A stretch of DNA of 64,000 bases from the NCBI GenBank assembly GCA_951406725.2, contig OX597816.1:154938001-155002000 (forward strand), written 5' to 3'. This document shows, in pieces, positions 53,535-64,000 of this stretch; positions within the stretch are counted from its first letter, which is position 1; every line of letters starts with the position of its first letter. The translations under genes were made by a program, and so were the position numbers. The notes below the pieces were generated by a model, which did no database searches, had not been told where the DNA came from, and saw only the letters and a list, made by a program, of their open reading frames with translations. Source of the stretch: Octopus vulgaris. Taxonomy: Eukaryota.

Positions 53535-53704
53535 TGTATGTATGTATGTATGTATGTATGTATGTATGTATGTATGTATGTGTGTGTGTGTATGTATGTA
53601 TGTATGTATGTATGTATGTATGTATGCATGTATGTATGTATGTATGTATGTATGTATGTATGTATGTATGTATGCATGTATGTATGCGTGTATGTATGTA
53701 TGTG
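53505..53704. repeat. (TATG)n microsatellite
   Basis: Direct reading. Confidence 0.96.
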
Positions 53705-53709
53705 AGAAT

Positions 53710-54820
53710 TTACAAAAGAAGAAAAGACGAAGACGGGTGTGTAAACAACAAACATGCATTAGTTTAACGCTCGGGAAGTGTGAAAGTCTTTTACGTTTCT
53801 AGCCTACGCTCTTTGACTGAAAGGAACACAGAAACAAACAAGGAGAGAAAATAGAAAAAAGGTATAGTGATTAGCGGGAGAAAGCCGGACAGGGAAGTCA
53901 CACAGGAGAGCTAGGAAGAAGGAGAGATAATAAAGTAGTGGTGATCCCAAAACGAAGGTGCGCGTGCGTGAGTATGTGAGAGCATGTATGTGCGTGTGGA
54001 AGGGTGCTGGTGACCTTGACATGTGCGTGCATGCATGTGTAGGTGTGTGGATGATGGTGTGTGTTCTGGGAAGTGGTCAGTGCTAGTGTGTTCGGGATGG
54101 TGTGATGTGATGTGGTATTGTGGTGTGGTGGTATGGTAGTGTGGTGGTGTGGTAGTGTGTGGTGTGGTAGTGTGTGGTGTGGTAGTGTATGGTGTGGTAG
54201 TGTGTGGTAGTGTGTGGTGTGGTAGTGTGTGGTGTGGTAATGTGTGGTGTGGTAGTGTGTGGTGTTGTGATGTGTGGTGTGGTGGAGTGCTGTGTGGTGG
54301 TGTGTGGTGTGGTGGTGTGTGGTGTGGTGTTATGTGGTGTGGTGGTGTGTGGCGTGGTGGTGTGGGGTGTGGAGTGGTGTGGTAGTGTTGGAGTGTTAGG
54401 GAGGCGAGAGTGAGGGAAGTAAGGGTGGGGTGAAAGGGATGGGATGGGATGTATAGGGATGGTGGGGGTGGAATATGTAGGGGTGGGTTAACGAAGGTGG
54501 GGTGACGATGAAGGGAGAGGGTGTAAGGGAAGAGGTGGGTAGGATGAAGAGGGGAAGTAGGTGTTAGAGCAAGAAAGAAGAGGTGTGTGGGAGGAAGTAG
54601 GTGTGAGAGGAAGAGAGGAGAGTAGAGGAGGGTTAGATAAAAAGGAGAGGAGAGTTGAGCCCATATGGTGCAAAGGAGCGAAGAGAGAAGATTAATCTTT
54701 GTTCACGGCGGAAACGGGAGTCCCGATGTTCCTTGTGCAAGGACAATCCGAACGCAGACAGGGATTTTAAAAAATGACCAGTAGAGCGGAAATGGCGCGA
54801 GACCGGTGTGTCGCTGAAAA
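53710..54820 (-). mobile_element. Penelope-like element 3' end: GIY-YIG C-terminus, (CAC)-rich UTR, and pLTR with a degenerate hammerhead at 53788-53823
   Basis: DTPVSRHF..TGH..R..REQRLIF.L....P.GLN; minus strand CTTT-CAGTCAA-AGAGC-GTAG-GCTA-GAAA-CG-TA-AAAG. Confidence 0.78.
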
Positions 54821-55219
54821 GTTTGATACATGTGTGAAACAAAGAAGTGCGTGCTAATCAGTGCAAGTAAGTTCTGAACAACATTTCTGTATACATTTTA
54901 AACTAATAAGAAATTATACTAAATAACATCTCTATTTCTCTAATATTGACATTATTTGGTTGGGCTTGCGCTATATGGTTTAGCATCACGTTGAAACTAC
55001 TTCTAACTTGGATTTCTAAATGCTTCTAAATATTTCTGCTGGACGACATATCTCTACGAATGCTTGTGTATTACATTGCTAAGTCGATAGGACAAAAGAC
55101 AAAAGTCCAGAAGATGGCAGCCTGCATTCCAAAATGTTTAGTTTCTACGTAAGTATGTAGGCATGTACGTATGCATGCATGCCTGTCTGTCTGTCAGTCT
55201 GTCTGTCTGTCTGTCTGTC

Positions 55220-55251
<32 letters not shown>

Positions 55252-55719
55252 TGTATGTATGTATGTATGTATGTACACATGCATGCATACACGTTAGTTT
55301 ATCGTCTCTTATTTATACGAACATATTGACATTCAAGCTTATCATTCCTTATAATACCTTAAGACTAGACAGAAATAAATCAATTCTAAATACAGACTCG
55401 CTTTAGCCTTTCGATGACGTAGATGTTTTGGCGAAAAAGAAGGTAATTTGGATTTATAAAGGAGACAAGGAAACGAGTGACATATACTAAAACGGTCATC
55501 ACAACCTGCTTATCACTTTATTATCCTTAAACGTTTTTTTTTTCCTTCTTGACTTTATTTTCAAATCTTTATATTCTAATTTGCCGTCTTATAATCTGAC
55601 CTTTAGGTAGAATAGAAGTTCAAAGACAATCGAACCCTTTCATTATTTTTATTATTATTTATATCTTTATTTTTTATTCTTATTTTCATTTATCTATTTT
55701 CTTCTATATATTTCCTATC

Positions 55720-55748
55720 TACGAGGTCTGATCAATAAGTATCCGAAG
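55720..55748 (+). mobile_element. Orphan mariner-type TIR
   Basis: TA-CGAGGTCTGATCAATAAGTATCCG resembles the TIR at 17754. Confidence 0.5.
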
Positions 55749-55811
55749 CTAAAGCACGCGGAGTAAAGCCATTTGGCACTGATTGACTTTGAACTTCGTT
55801 GTGCATGCGCA

Positions 55812-55973
55812 CTAAATTTTAAACTATCCTGTGACCCTTCCCAGACAAAAAATACGTCATCAATGAACCGTAACCAGAGTTTTGGTTCGTGATCATAAAG
55901 AGATTTGCATGTCTTTAGTAACTGTGCCTCGAATTTCGTCATGAAGACATTAGCGAAATTAGCTGTCATGGGG
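55812..55973 (-). mobile_element. Penelope RT catalytic-core fragment
   Basis: PMTANFANVFMTKFE..PKLWLRFIDDVFFVW. Confidence 0.85.
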
Positions 55974-56026
<53 letters not shown>

Positions 56027-56149
56027 TCCTACGCAGAACACTTTCCATACAATAACCATCAGAGCATCACAACAAATCACAGCACATACCCAAGGCACAC
56101 AGAGCTGCGCTCGGTAGTGAAGTGAAAGCACGCTATAAAAATAAAACTA

Positions 56150-56218
<69 letters not shown>

Positions 56219-56344
56219 TCCTACGCAGAACACTTTCCATACAATAACCATCAGAGCATCACAACAAATCACAGCACATACCCAAGGCACACAGAGCTGC
56301 GCTCGGTAGTGAAGTGAAAGCACGCTATAAAAATAAAACTACTG
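56027..56344 (+). mobile_element. Two identical 126-bp retrotransposon 3' ends (56027-56152, 56219-56344) separated and flanked by (AAT)n
   Basis: Each begins with codons for LRRTLSIQ*, homologous to the R4/Dong ORF end (LRKILSM*, LRRAFSM*). Confidence 0.8.
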
Positions 56345-56361
56345 AATGATAATAATAATAA

Positions 56362-57055
56362 TATGCAGTATTGCAGACAACATAAGAGAATTACTTAGTT
56401 TTAGCATGAAGAAATGGAAAGTAGATTTCTAGTCAAGTGATATCAAGAGAGAAATTTTCCAAGGAGACTAGGTATCCCCTTTAACATCCATCTTATGTTT
56501 AATCCCACTCAGTTTAGTAATAAGGAAGGCAAAGGCCGGATATTCAGTTCAGGAATAGTAAAAGAAAAATTAACCATTTGCTCTACATGGATAATCTGAA
56601 GCTTTTTGGTAAGAATAAAAAAATCACAAACAAAACCAGATAGCTTCCTTAATATTAACTGTAAGACTCTTCAGCATAGAATTTGGCATAGATAAGTGTA
56701 TAATATTAGTCATAAGAAAGGGACAGGTTGTCAAACGTGAAGGTGTCCAATGACCAAACGACCAGTCATTAAAATCATTGAAAGAAGGAGAGATCTATAA
56801 GCATCTAGGAGTATTAGAATCTGACAGAATATTAACTATAGAAATGAAAACAAAATTTGAGGATTACATCCGAAGGGTGAGGAAGCTAATGAAGTCAAAG
56901 TTAATGGTCTGAATCTAGTGAAGGCTGTAAATACTTGGCAGCATCGTTACTTAGATACTCAGGAGCCTTTATAGATTGGACAGAATCTGAATTAGCAAAT
57001 CTAGACAGAAGAACTAGGAAGGAATTCAATATGAATGGAGGTCTCCACCCAAGAT
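56362..57055 (+). mobile_element. R4/Dong-like RT core fragment, decayed
   Basis: IKREIFQGD..SPL..LCLIPLS, NHLLYMDNLKLF, FGIDKC, YKHLG, LDRRTRK..MNGGLHPR. Confidence 0.88.
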
Positions 57056-57056
57056 T

Positions 57057-58575
57057 AGGAGTGAGTAACGGCTAACTGACAAGGCAAGAGCAATAAGAGC
57101 AATAGGGTGGTTAAAGACATGGAAGTTGAGGAGATAAAAAGTAAAGTAGAAAATAGAAACAATACTTCACCAACAGATGAATTGCCCAACGAGGACAGAG
57201 AACTAAATGGTGGCAATGAAGACGTAGAGCAAAGTGTAAATGTAAATTCATTCTCAGCGAATGAAGCGGGAGAAATGGGAAATGCTATATCACAAGAATA
57301 CGATGAAAGCCAACAAGACATAGTAAGGATGATGTGCCGATATATTAAAGAAGAGCAGGATCAAGCGCCCGCCAGTCTGAGGTACATTGATCGATGCAGG
57401 CTCAAAGTCGAAACCGAAAATATAGATTCGCTTCTTGTGCTATTCCAGACGAGAAATATAACTGAAATTAACAAGATTATTTCGGCTGCAGTTATGGTTG
57501 CTGCAGATAGAGTTGGATACAAAAGAAGAGAACAAATAGAACGTGAAGAACCATACTGATATAGACGAATTTGTGAGAAACAAAGTTAAAAAGATATTTA
57601 GGACAAGTTGATAGATTGGGGAAATTACTGAACGAAAGCATAAGAATAATGCAAGAAAGAACATATATAATAAAAGGTAAAGGTTATATTGTGATATTGG
57701 AAGAATTGAAATAAAGGGTAGTAGCGGTCAAAGCAAAACTGGAAAGATATAACAATAGAACAAAATAATTCAGGCAAAACAGATTGTTTGAAGCAAATCA
57801 GAATAAAAGCTGTTTCAGGAACTAGACTTTCAATTACACGTCACAATGATACCAGATGCAGAAGGATGTAAAGTATTCTGGACAGGGATCTGGGATCAAC
57901 CTGTAGAGCATAATGATGAAGTGGAGTGGCTGCATGAAATCCAGGATAGGTAGAGAAATATAGAAGGCCAAGAAGACATAAAGATAACTACAGGAATGAT
58001 AAAAAAGCAGTTAAGAAAATTCCGAAATTGGAAGAGCCCAAAACTGGATGGGGTCCAAGGTTACTGGATAAAGAAGTTGACAGAACTTCCTGAAAGGATA
58101 TGGCAACAGCTAGATGAGTGCTTGTAGGAAGGTGCAGTACCCAGTTGGATAACAGAGGGAAGGACATTGTTATATGTCAAGAACAAGATGCACCATACGT
58201 ACTATACAGTTGATTTTGCATACCCCTTTGACCCACGAATTGTCAAGAAGGAAGGCGAAAAGATAGATAAATACAACCCTCTTATGTACGAAATAGCCCG
58301 ACAATGGAAAACGAAAAATGTGAAGATAGTGCTAATTACTGTTGTTATCTTGAGGACAGTACCAGAAGACATGAAGAGGAATATAAAGGAAATTGAAATA
58401 GAATGCCCGGTAGAACTGTTATAAAAGTTTTGGCTCTTTGGCACGGCCCGAATAATCAGGAAAATATTAAATAGCTGAAAAGAGCGGATAGCCTGGTACC
58501 GTAAGCTGTGGGTAGCAAACCTGCTACGCATGAAAAACTCCAGGATTTCCAACAAAACCTGTGATAAAAAGAAAT
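57057..58575 (+). mobile_element. R4/Dong-like element with an internal deletion (N-terminus fused to the RLE end)
   Basis: NITEIN..AA, FRQNRLFEAN, FWTGIW..VEHN..EWL, NWKSP..DGVQGYWIK, WITEGRTLL joined near 58180 to VDFAYPFD..KIDKY..GTARIIRKILNS*; ends in AATAATAA. Confidence 0.85.
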
Positions 58576-58580
58576 AATAA

Positions 58581-58683
58581 TTGAGACTGATGGATATAAT
58601 TATCTGGGTATTTTTCAAGGAAAGTGAAACTAAAGAAAGCTTTAGGCGAGAATATCACAGAAGAACCAGATTAATTATGGGGA
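58581..58683 (+). mobile_element. R4/Dong-like RT7 fragment
   Basis: ETDGYNYLGI..FRREYHRRTRLI. Confidence 0.65.
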
Positions 58684-59797
58684 GAACCCGGAACCATGTG
58701 GTTGGTTAGCAAGCTACTTACCACACAGCCACTCCTGCGCTGTTATATGTATAACTTATATAAAATCTATTTATTTGATTACCGTTGGTATATGGAGTAA
58801 GTTCCATGTATATTTAGCCTCACTGATATCTTAAACACAAGAGAGCTTTTCAAGCAGCTTCAGATGAAGATAGTACCTCGTTAAATGTTGGCTTAATAAA
58901 CTAAAAGTGAAGACAATCAAATGTTCTTACTATCTGATCACCTTGCTACTATCTAACGGACACAGCATTTGCAGTAGTGTTGTATTCCTGAGCTGAACGT
59001 TGCTATCTCTCATAAATGAATTTAGATAGTTTTATGGACGTTCGTTTTAAATTCTCAATACAAACAGCGTAGGAACATATTTATAAAGTGTCATTGATCA
59101 AATCAGTAAGATACCCAAAATAGTAGGTCGTAGCCTGTCTACATTTTGCTTCATTTGCAGCAGAACAAATGGCTTTCGGATGCTCACCAAGACAGGTGAA
59201 ATTGATGTCATTAATATTCCTTAGAAACCTTCGCAATAAATACATGCAAGAAAGATATGAGCCCGGAGAGAATGTCCAGAGAGCTACGGTTCTGAGGAAG
59301 ATGGCCGGGGTATAGTCATTAATGCGTGGCCTAGACGCAGCAAGTAAGTTGAGAAAAGAGACGATCAAGAGGGAAATGCCAGAGTACAAGTAGTGTTAGT
59401 ACATCTGGCGCCGTGGTGCAGAGGCCAATGTATTAGAGAGATAGTACACCTATGAACCAGAGGCTCGTATGTATCTTTGAGTGACTTTATTTCAATCAGT
59501 CAGATGGCGATTTTTGGAGCGGCAGCATCACCATCCGGGATTGGAGGATGATAATCCATTGTGTGTCTAACCAGAGCCTTACAGAGTATCAATAATTGTT
59601 AATATCTGAATATGCACTAGCCCTGAAGATAAGAGTGAGCCATTAGAATGTTGTCGTAACTAAGTGCTTTTATAAATAGCTATCAAAGGGAGGACAAAAT
59701 TCATTATAAAAAGCAGCGCTATAGAACTGACTGATAAGGGGTTCGTTAGATTACATTTTTGAGTGCAATGTTTTATGGCTTTGGAGAAACTACTCCA

Positions 59798-59965
59798 TTA
59801 TTGATCCGCAACTACCAAGCCAATCTGATTACAAATGGAGTAGACCCAAAGTGTGAATACTGCAATGATGAGATTGAAACAGTAGACCACTTAATCGCTG
59901 GGTATAAAATTTTAGCGCCTATAGAGATCAAGACATGACAGAGTTGTTGGCCCATATCTACATAT
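59798..59965 (+). mobile_element. R4/Dong-like zinc-knuckle fragment
   Basis: LLIRNYQANLITNGVDPKCEYCNDEIETVDHLIAG..RHDRV; closely related to 3258-4352. Confidence 0.85.
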
Positions 59966-59969
59966 CTTG

Positions 59970-60125
59970 GGTGAGGGGGTAAGTCATTTGCATAAGCTCC
60001 AGTGCTCAACTGGTACTTATTTTATTATTATGCTTGTTTTATCATACTGAAAGGCATGATAGACCTCGGCGGCATTTAAAATCAGAACGTAAACTGGAAG
60101 AAATGCCGCTCAGAAATTTTGTACG
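59970..60125 (-). mobile_element. SINE family B, diverged
   Basis: CTGGTACTTATT..GACCTCGGCGG..CAGAACGTAA..GAAATGCCGCT. Confidence 0.65.
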
Positions 60126-60950
60126 ACCGTGTGTCTAGGAGTGAATTATGAAGTGTGTCCTTTCTCTCTTTTTAAAATGGAGGGGATTCTGGAGAGGGAA
60201 TTGGCTGGTGTTTCTTGCTCGCTGCTCAATGTTGCAAAGGTTACTTCCTCGGTTCATCAATGAAGATGCCCAGCTTGATCAATCAAACTATTGCTCGAAC
60301 GTATACCATGCACTTTTGTATCAGTTTTTTAAATGGTAACGTGTGGTTTCATGGATATTTGGCTGCAATATTAGCATGATGTGTGCCCATTTAACGGCAG
60401 CTTTATTGACTCACTAAGGAAGACGGCTTAGATTTCAGTGCTGGAACAGAGATTCATTAAAGCTTATGCGGCGCTTTAATTTCGTTAAAAAAATCTTTCT
60501 TTTTCCGAATGGCTAACTTGAGATGAACGACATAATACCATGACTTGAAACATATGACTATATCATTATTGACATTATAATATCCATAGAAAGCCGTACA
60601 GCTCTTGGCAGTGCATCATTTTCATTACAGACCTTACAGACTACAATGCATATGCTATTTCAGAATCAAATCAATCTGTTTAGATTCAGAAACGTATCAA
60701 ATTCTGACAAGTACAGAAATCCTTCTTTTTCCTCATGATTCCTATTTTTCATATCGATAAATAGGTTTTCAATCATGTTTTGATTGTTATGATTTCCATA
60801 TATTTACGTATCCAATACTATATCAATAAACAACATTATACAAAGACTCATAAAGGTTACCTGGATTGAATTTCCAGTTGCATGAAAGAAACAAACAATA
60901 AATTAAGAAGCAACAACAATTAATGCATATAAAATGACTGTAACATTCAT

Positions 60951-60952
<2 letters not shown>

Positions 60953-61038
<86 letters not shown>

Positions 61039-61085
61039 CATACATACATACACACACATATATGCATATATACATACATATATAA
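60953..61085. repeat. (TA)n/(CATA)n microsatellite
   Basis: Direct reading. Confidence 0.96.
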
Positions 61086-61439
61086 AATCACTTTCTCCGG
61101 TGCAAATTACTCGGCAATGAGAGAGGAAGGTTTAATCCTTTAATCCTGTTAGTGGATATCTATGAGGGATATTTTTACCATACAATGTTGTGTAGAAGAA
61201 TTACAAACAACCAGTAATCAACAACCAAATCGGAATCAAATGACATGTTAGAGATGAATGGGGAACGTTTATTTTATGATAACTAATGGAGTAGTTTCTC
61301 CAAAGCCATAAAACATTTCACTCAAAAATGCAATCTAACGAACCCCTTATCAGTCAGTTCAATAGCGCTGCTTTTTATAATGAATTTTGTCCTCCCTTTG
61401 ATAGCTATTTATAAAAGCACTTAGTTACGACAACATTCT

Positions 61440-61905
61440 AATGGCTCACTCTTATCTTCAGGGCTAGTGCATATTCAGATATTAACAATTATTGATACTC
61501 TGTAAGGCTCTGGTTAGACACACAATGGATTATCATCCTCCAATCCCAGATGGTGATGCTGCCGCTCCAAAAATCGCCATCTGACTGATTGAAATAAAGT
61601 CACTCAAAGATACATACGAGCCTCTGGTTCATAGGTGTACTATCTCTCTAATACATTGGCCTCTGCACCACGGCGCCAGATGTAATAATGCTACTTGTAC
61701 TCTGGCATTTCCCTCTTGATTGTCTCTTTTCTCATAGTACTTGCTGCGTCCAGTCCATCTAGGCCACGCATTAATGACTATACCCCGTCCATCTTCCTCA
61801 GAACCGTAGCTCTCTGGAAATTCTTTCCTGGCTCATATCTTTCTTGCATGTATTTATTGCGAAGGTTTCTAAGGAATATTAATGACATCAATTTCACCTG
61901 TCTTG
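61440..61905 (+). mobile_element. Old CR1/Jockey-type LINE RT C-terminus (mirror copy at about 59190-59645, minus strand)
   Basis: LL.LCKALVRHTMDY..DG.AA..AI.LI..PLVHR..GLC..RPR.NDY..SIFLRTVALW resembles YKA.VRP.MEY..PL.HRR..SFF.RT..LWN. Confidence 0.7.
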
Positions 61906-62351
61906 GTGAGCATCCGAAAGCCATTTGTTCTGCTGCAAATGAAGCAAAATTTAGACAGGCTACGACCTACTATTTTGAGTATCTTACTGATTTGATCAAC
62001 GACACTTTATAAATATGTTCCTACGCTGTTTGTATTGAGAATTTAAAACGAACGTCCATAAAACTATCTAAATTCATTTATGAGAGATAGCAACGTTCAG
62101 CTCTGGAATAAAACACTACTGCAAATGCTGTGTCCGTTAGATAGTAGCAAGGTGATCAGATAGTAAGAACATTTGATTGTCTTCACTTTTAGTTTATTAA
62201 GCCAACATTTAACGAGGTACTATCTTCATCTGAAGCTGCTTGAAAAGCTCTCTTGTGTTTAAGTTATCAGTGAGGCTAAATATACATGGAACTTACTCCA
62301 TATACCAACGGTAATCAAATAAATAGATTTTATATAAGTTATACATATAAC

Positions 62352-62650
62352 AGCGCAGGAGTGGCTGTGTGGTAAGTAGCTTGCTAACCAACCACATGGT
62401 AGAGGGTTCAGTCCCACCGCGTGGCACCTTGGGCAAGTGTCTTCTACTATAGCCCCGGGCCGATCAATGCCTTGTGAGTGGATTTGGTAGACGGAAACTG
62501 AAAGAAGCCTGTCGTATATATGTATATGTATGTATGTGTGTGTCTGTGTTTGTCCCACTAGCATTGCTTGACAACCGATGCTGGTGTGTTTATGTCCCCG
62601 TTACTTAGCGGTTCGGCAAAAGACAGCGATATAATAAGTACTGGGCTTAA
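62352..62650 (+). mobile_element. SINE family A
   Basis: GCGCAGGAGTGGCTGTGTGGTAAGTAGC..CTTGGGCAAGTGTCTTC..ATAAGTACTGGGCTTA. Confidence 0.9.
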
Positions 62651-63149
62651 TAAGTAAACAGCAAACTGTAACACACATGCAGACGCATATACGCATGCAC
62701 ATACATGTATCTAGTATGGATAGTTTCCAGACAGTGTTAGTTTGTATTCATCTGCTAAAACAGAGAATTGAAAAATTAAATGAATAAAAAATGTAACTTC
62801 TAAGGAATGTTATTGATAAAATATGCGTTTATGACTGAGAAATGTGAAGAAAAGTTCTTCGTTGATGCCAGGAATAATCTACAGTGCCTGACTGGAAATG
62901 TGTTTATAAAGATTAGATTGAAAGATTGACTGGAATATTAATAGCAGTACAAAACAAATCAGTTTGACTGACGAATAAAGACTGTTGCATAAATTACATA
63001 GAGAAGATCTTTATCAATTTTCTAAAGTTTTAATAGACTAATTGATACTTTGCATACTTCGTTTACTCACGCACTACTTTAAAAAAAATTCTCTACATCA
63101 GCAAATGCAGAATTTTGCAGCTATGGTGTGAGTCTGTCACGATCATCGA

Positions 63150-63298
63150 TTGCACTACTTGATTAGTACTTTATTTTATCAAACCGAAAGGATGAAATGC
63201 AACAATGATCTTGACGGAATTTGAACTCTCTGCGAAAAGAGCTGGAGAAAATACTGTGAGGCATTTTCCCGGTGGTCAAATAATTTTCTAATTCGCCG
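63150..63298 (-). mobile_element. SINE family B, diverged
   Basis: GTACTTTATTTTATC..CGAAAGGATGAAA..GGAATTTGAACTC. Confidence 0.6.
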
Positions 63299-63524
63299 AT
63301 TTTTGAATTTTTGGCTCCAAAAGACAACATATATAATGTATGAGTTAAAAATAAATGCCAGTAAGTTTATTTGTATTCATGCTAACCAGGTATTTGTAGT
63401 TGTCATGACTTAAGTTGAAGAGTAGACGCGGCCAGTTTTACAAGGTTTGAAGATGACAAAGTATGTGATGTTGGAAGAGATTCGACGAATTTTGTGTTGA
63501 GGTTATGCGACATCACATAATATC

Positions 63525-63830
63525 CTTGCACAAAGTTTATCAACGTCATTGTACTGTATCTTCTGCAAACATTGCAGTACCAGTTATATCGGCGAGCACT
63601 TGGACATCACGACGATTGCTTTCACGAACATATTCTACAATCTAAGTCAGGCCGACCTGTCGCCGCCCACTTCAACAAAACTGATCACTTCATTAATAAC
63701 TTATCAGTGTCCAATATCTCTGTACATCATGGACCCACACACTTAAGGAAAACGAAATTAGGGTGTTTCATATTCAAACCTAGGACTATGGAACCGGTGG
63801 GTTTAAATGACGTTTCTCATATAGTCCTTC
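63525..63830 (+). mobile_element. Penelope GIY-YIG endonuclease fragment
   Basis: NV.YCIFCKHCSTSYIGE..F.EH..PVAAHFN..H....L.V..R..FIFK..TM.P.GLN. Confidence 0.85.
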
Positions 63831-64000
63831 ACCCTACTTCTAATGCAGTAAGCCCTACAATGGCCTTTTGCCTTCCTCTCAAATAATGTTTTTCTCCACC
63901 TTACCGTCATCAGGTTTTTTTTCCCTTTTTTATTCTACTTCTTTCTACTTCCCTCAATAACCTAGTTTCCTTGACCTACTACTTCTTGTTTACAAATACG

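Larger units (their letters stand above)
58684..62409. repeat. Inverted duplication: arms of about 1.12 kb (58684-59800 / 61284-62409) with a 1.48-kb spacer
   Basis: Arms are near-identical reverse complements; they produce the twin ORFs 59081-59389(-) and 61695-62012(+). Confidence 0.96.

Noticed and set aside
55973-56360. CRISPR-like repeat/spacer appearance
   Set aside because: Only two identical 126-bp units separated by AAT microsatellite, in a eukaryotic context with no cas genes
59081-62012. Twin ORFs of about 102-105 aa that look like a duplicated small gene
   Set aside because: They result from the inverted duplication; the recognisable part is a decayed LINE RT C-terminus running into non-coding DNA

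Overview
AT-rich, microsatellite-dense eukaryotic DNA. The SINE and retroelement repertoire looks like an octopus (cephalopod) genome; this is inference from recalled repeat families. I found no supportable host protein-coding exon, and nearly all ORFs in the track are microsatellite artefacts or transposon remnants. Mobile elements present: (1) many R4/Dong-like RLE non-LTR retrotransposon pieces, mostly in (TAA)n tracts, plus a second family in (ACAT)n; (2) several Penelope-like elements, of Naiad type and canonical GIY-YIG type; (3) a full-length decayed mariner; (4) hAT-like and Merlin-like MITEs and non-autonomous Helitrons; (5) Tx1/L1-like and CR1/Jockey-like LINE ends; (6) two abundant tRNA-derived SINE families. 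The most notable pattern is a set of short non-coding elements beside (TA)n tracts, each carrying a minimal type-I hammerhead ribozyme. Their catalytic 3-8 pair covaries (C-G, U-A, G-C, U-G), and they occur as 1.2-1.6-unit tandem repeats (retrozyme/circRNA-like) or inside inverted repeats. Two large fold-back structures are also present, with arms of about 0.42 kb and 1.1 kb.
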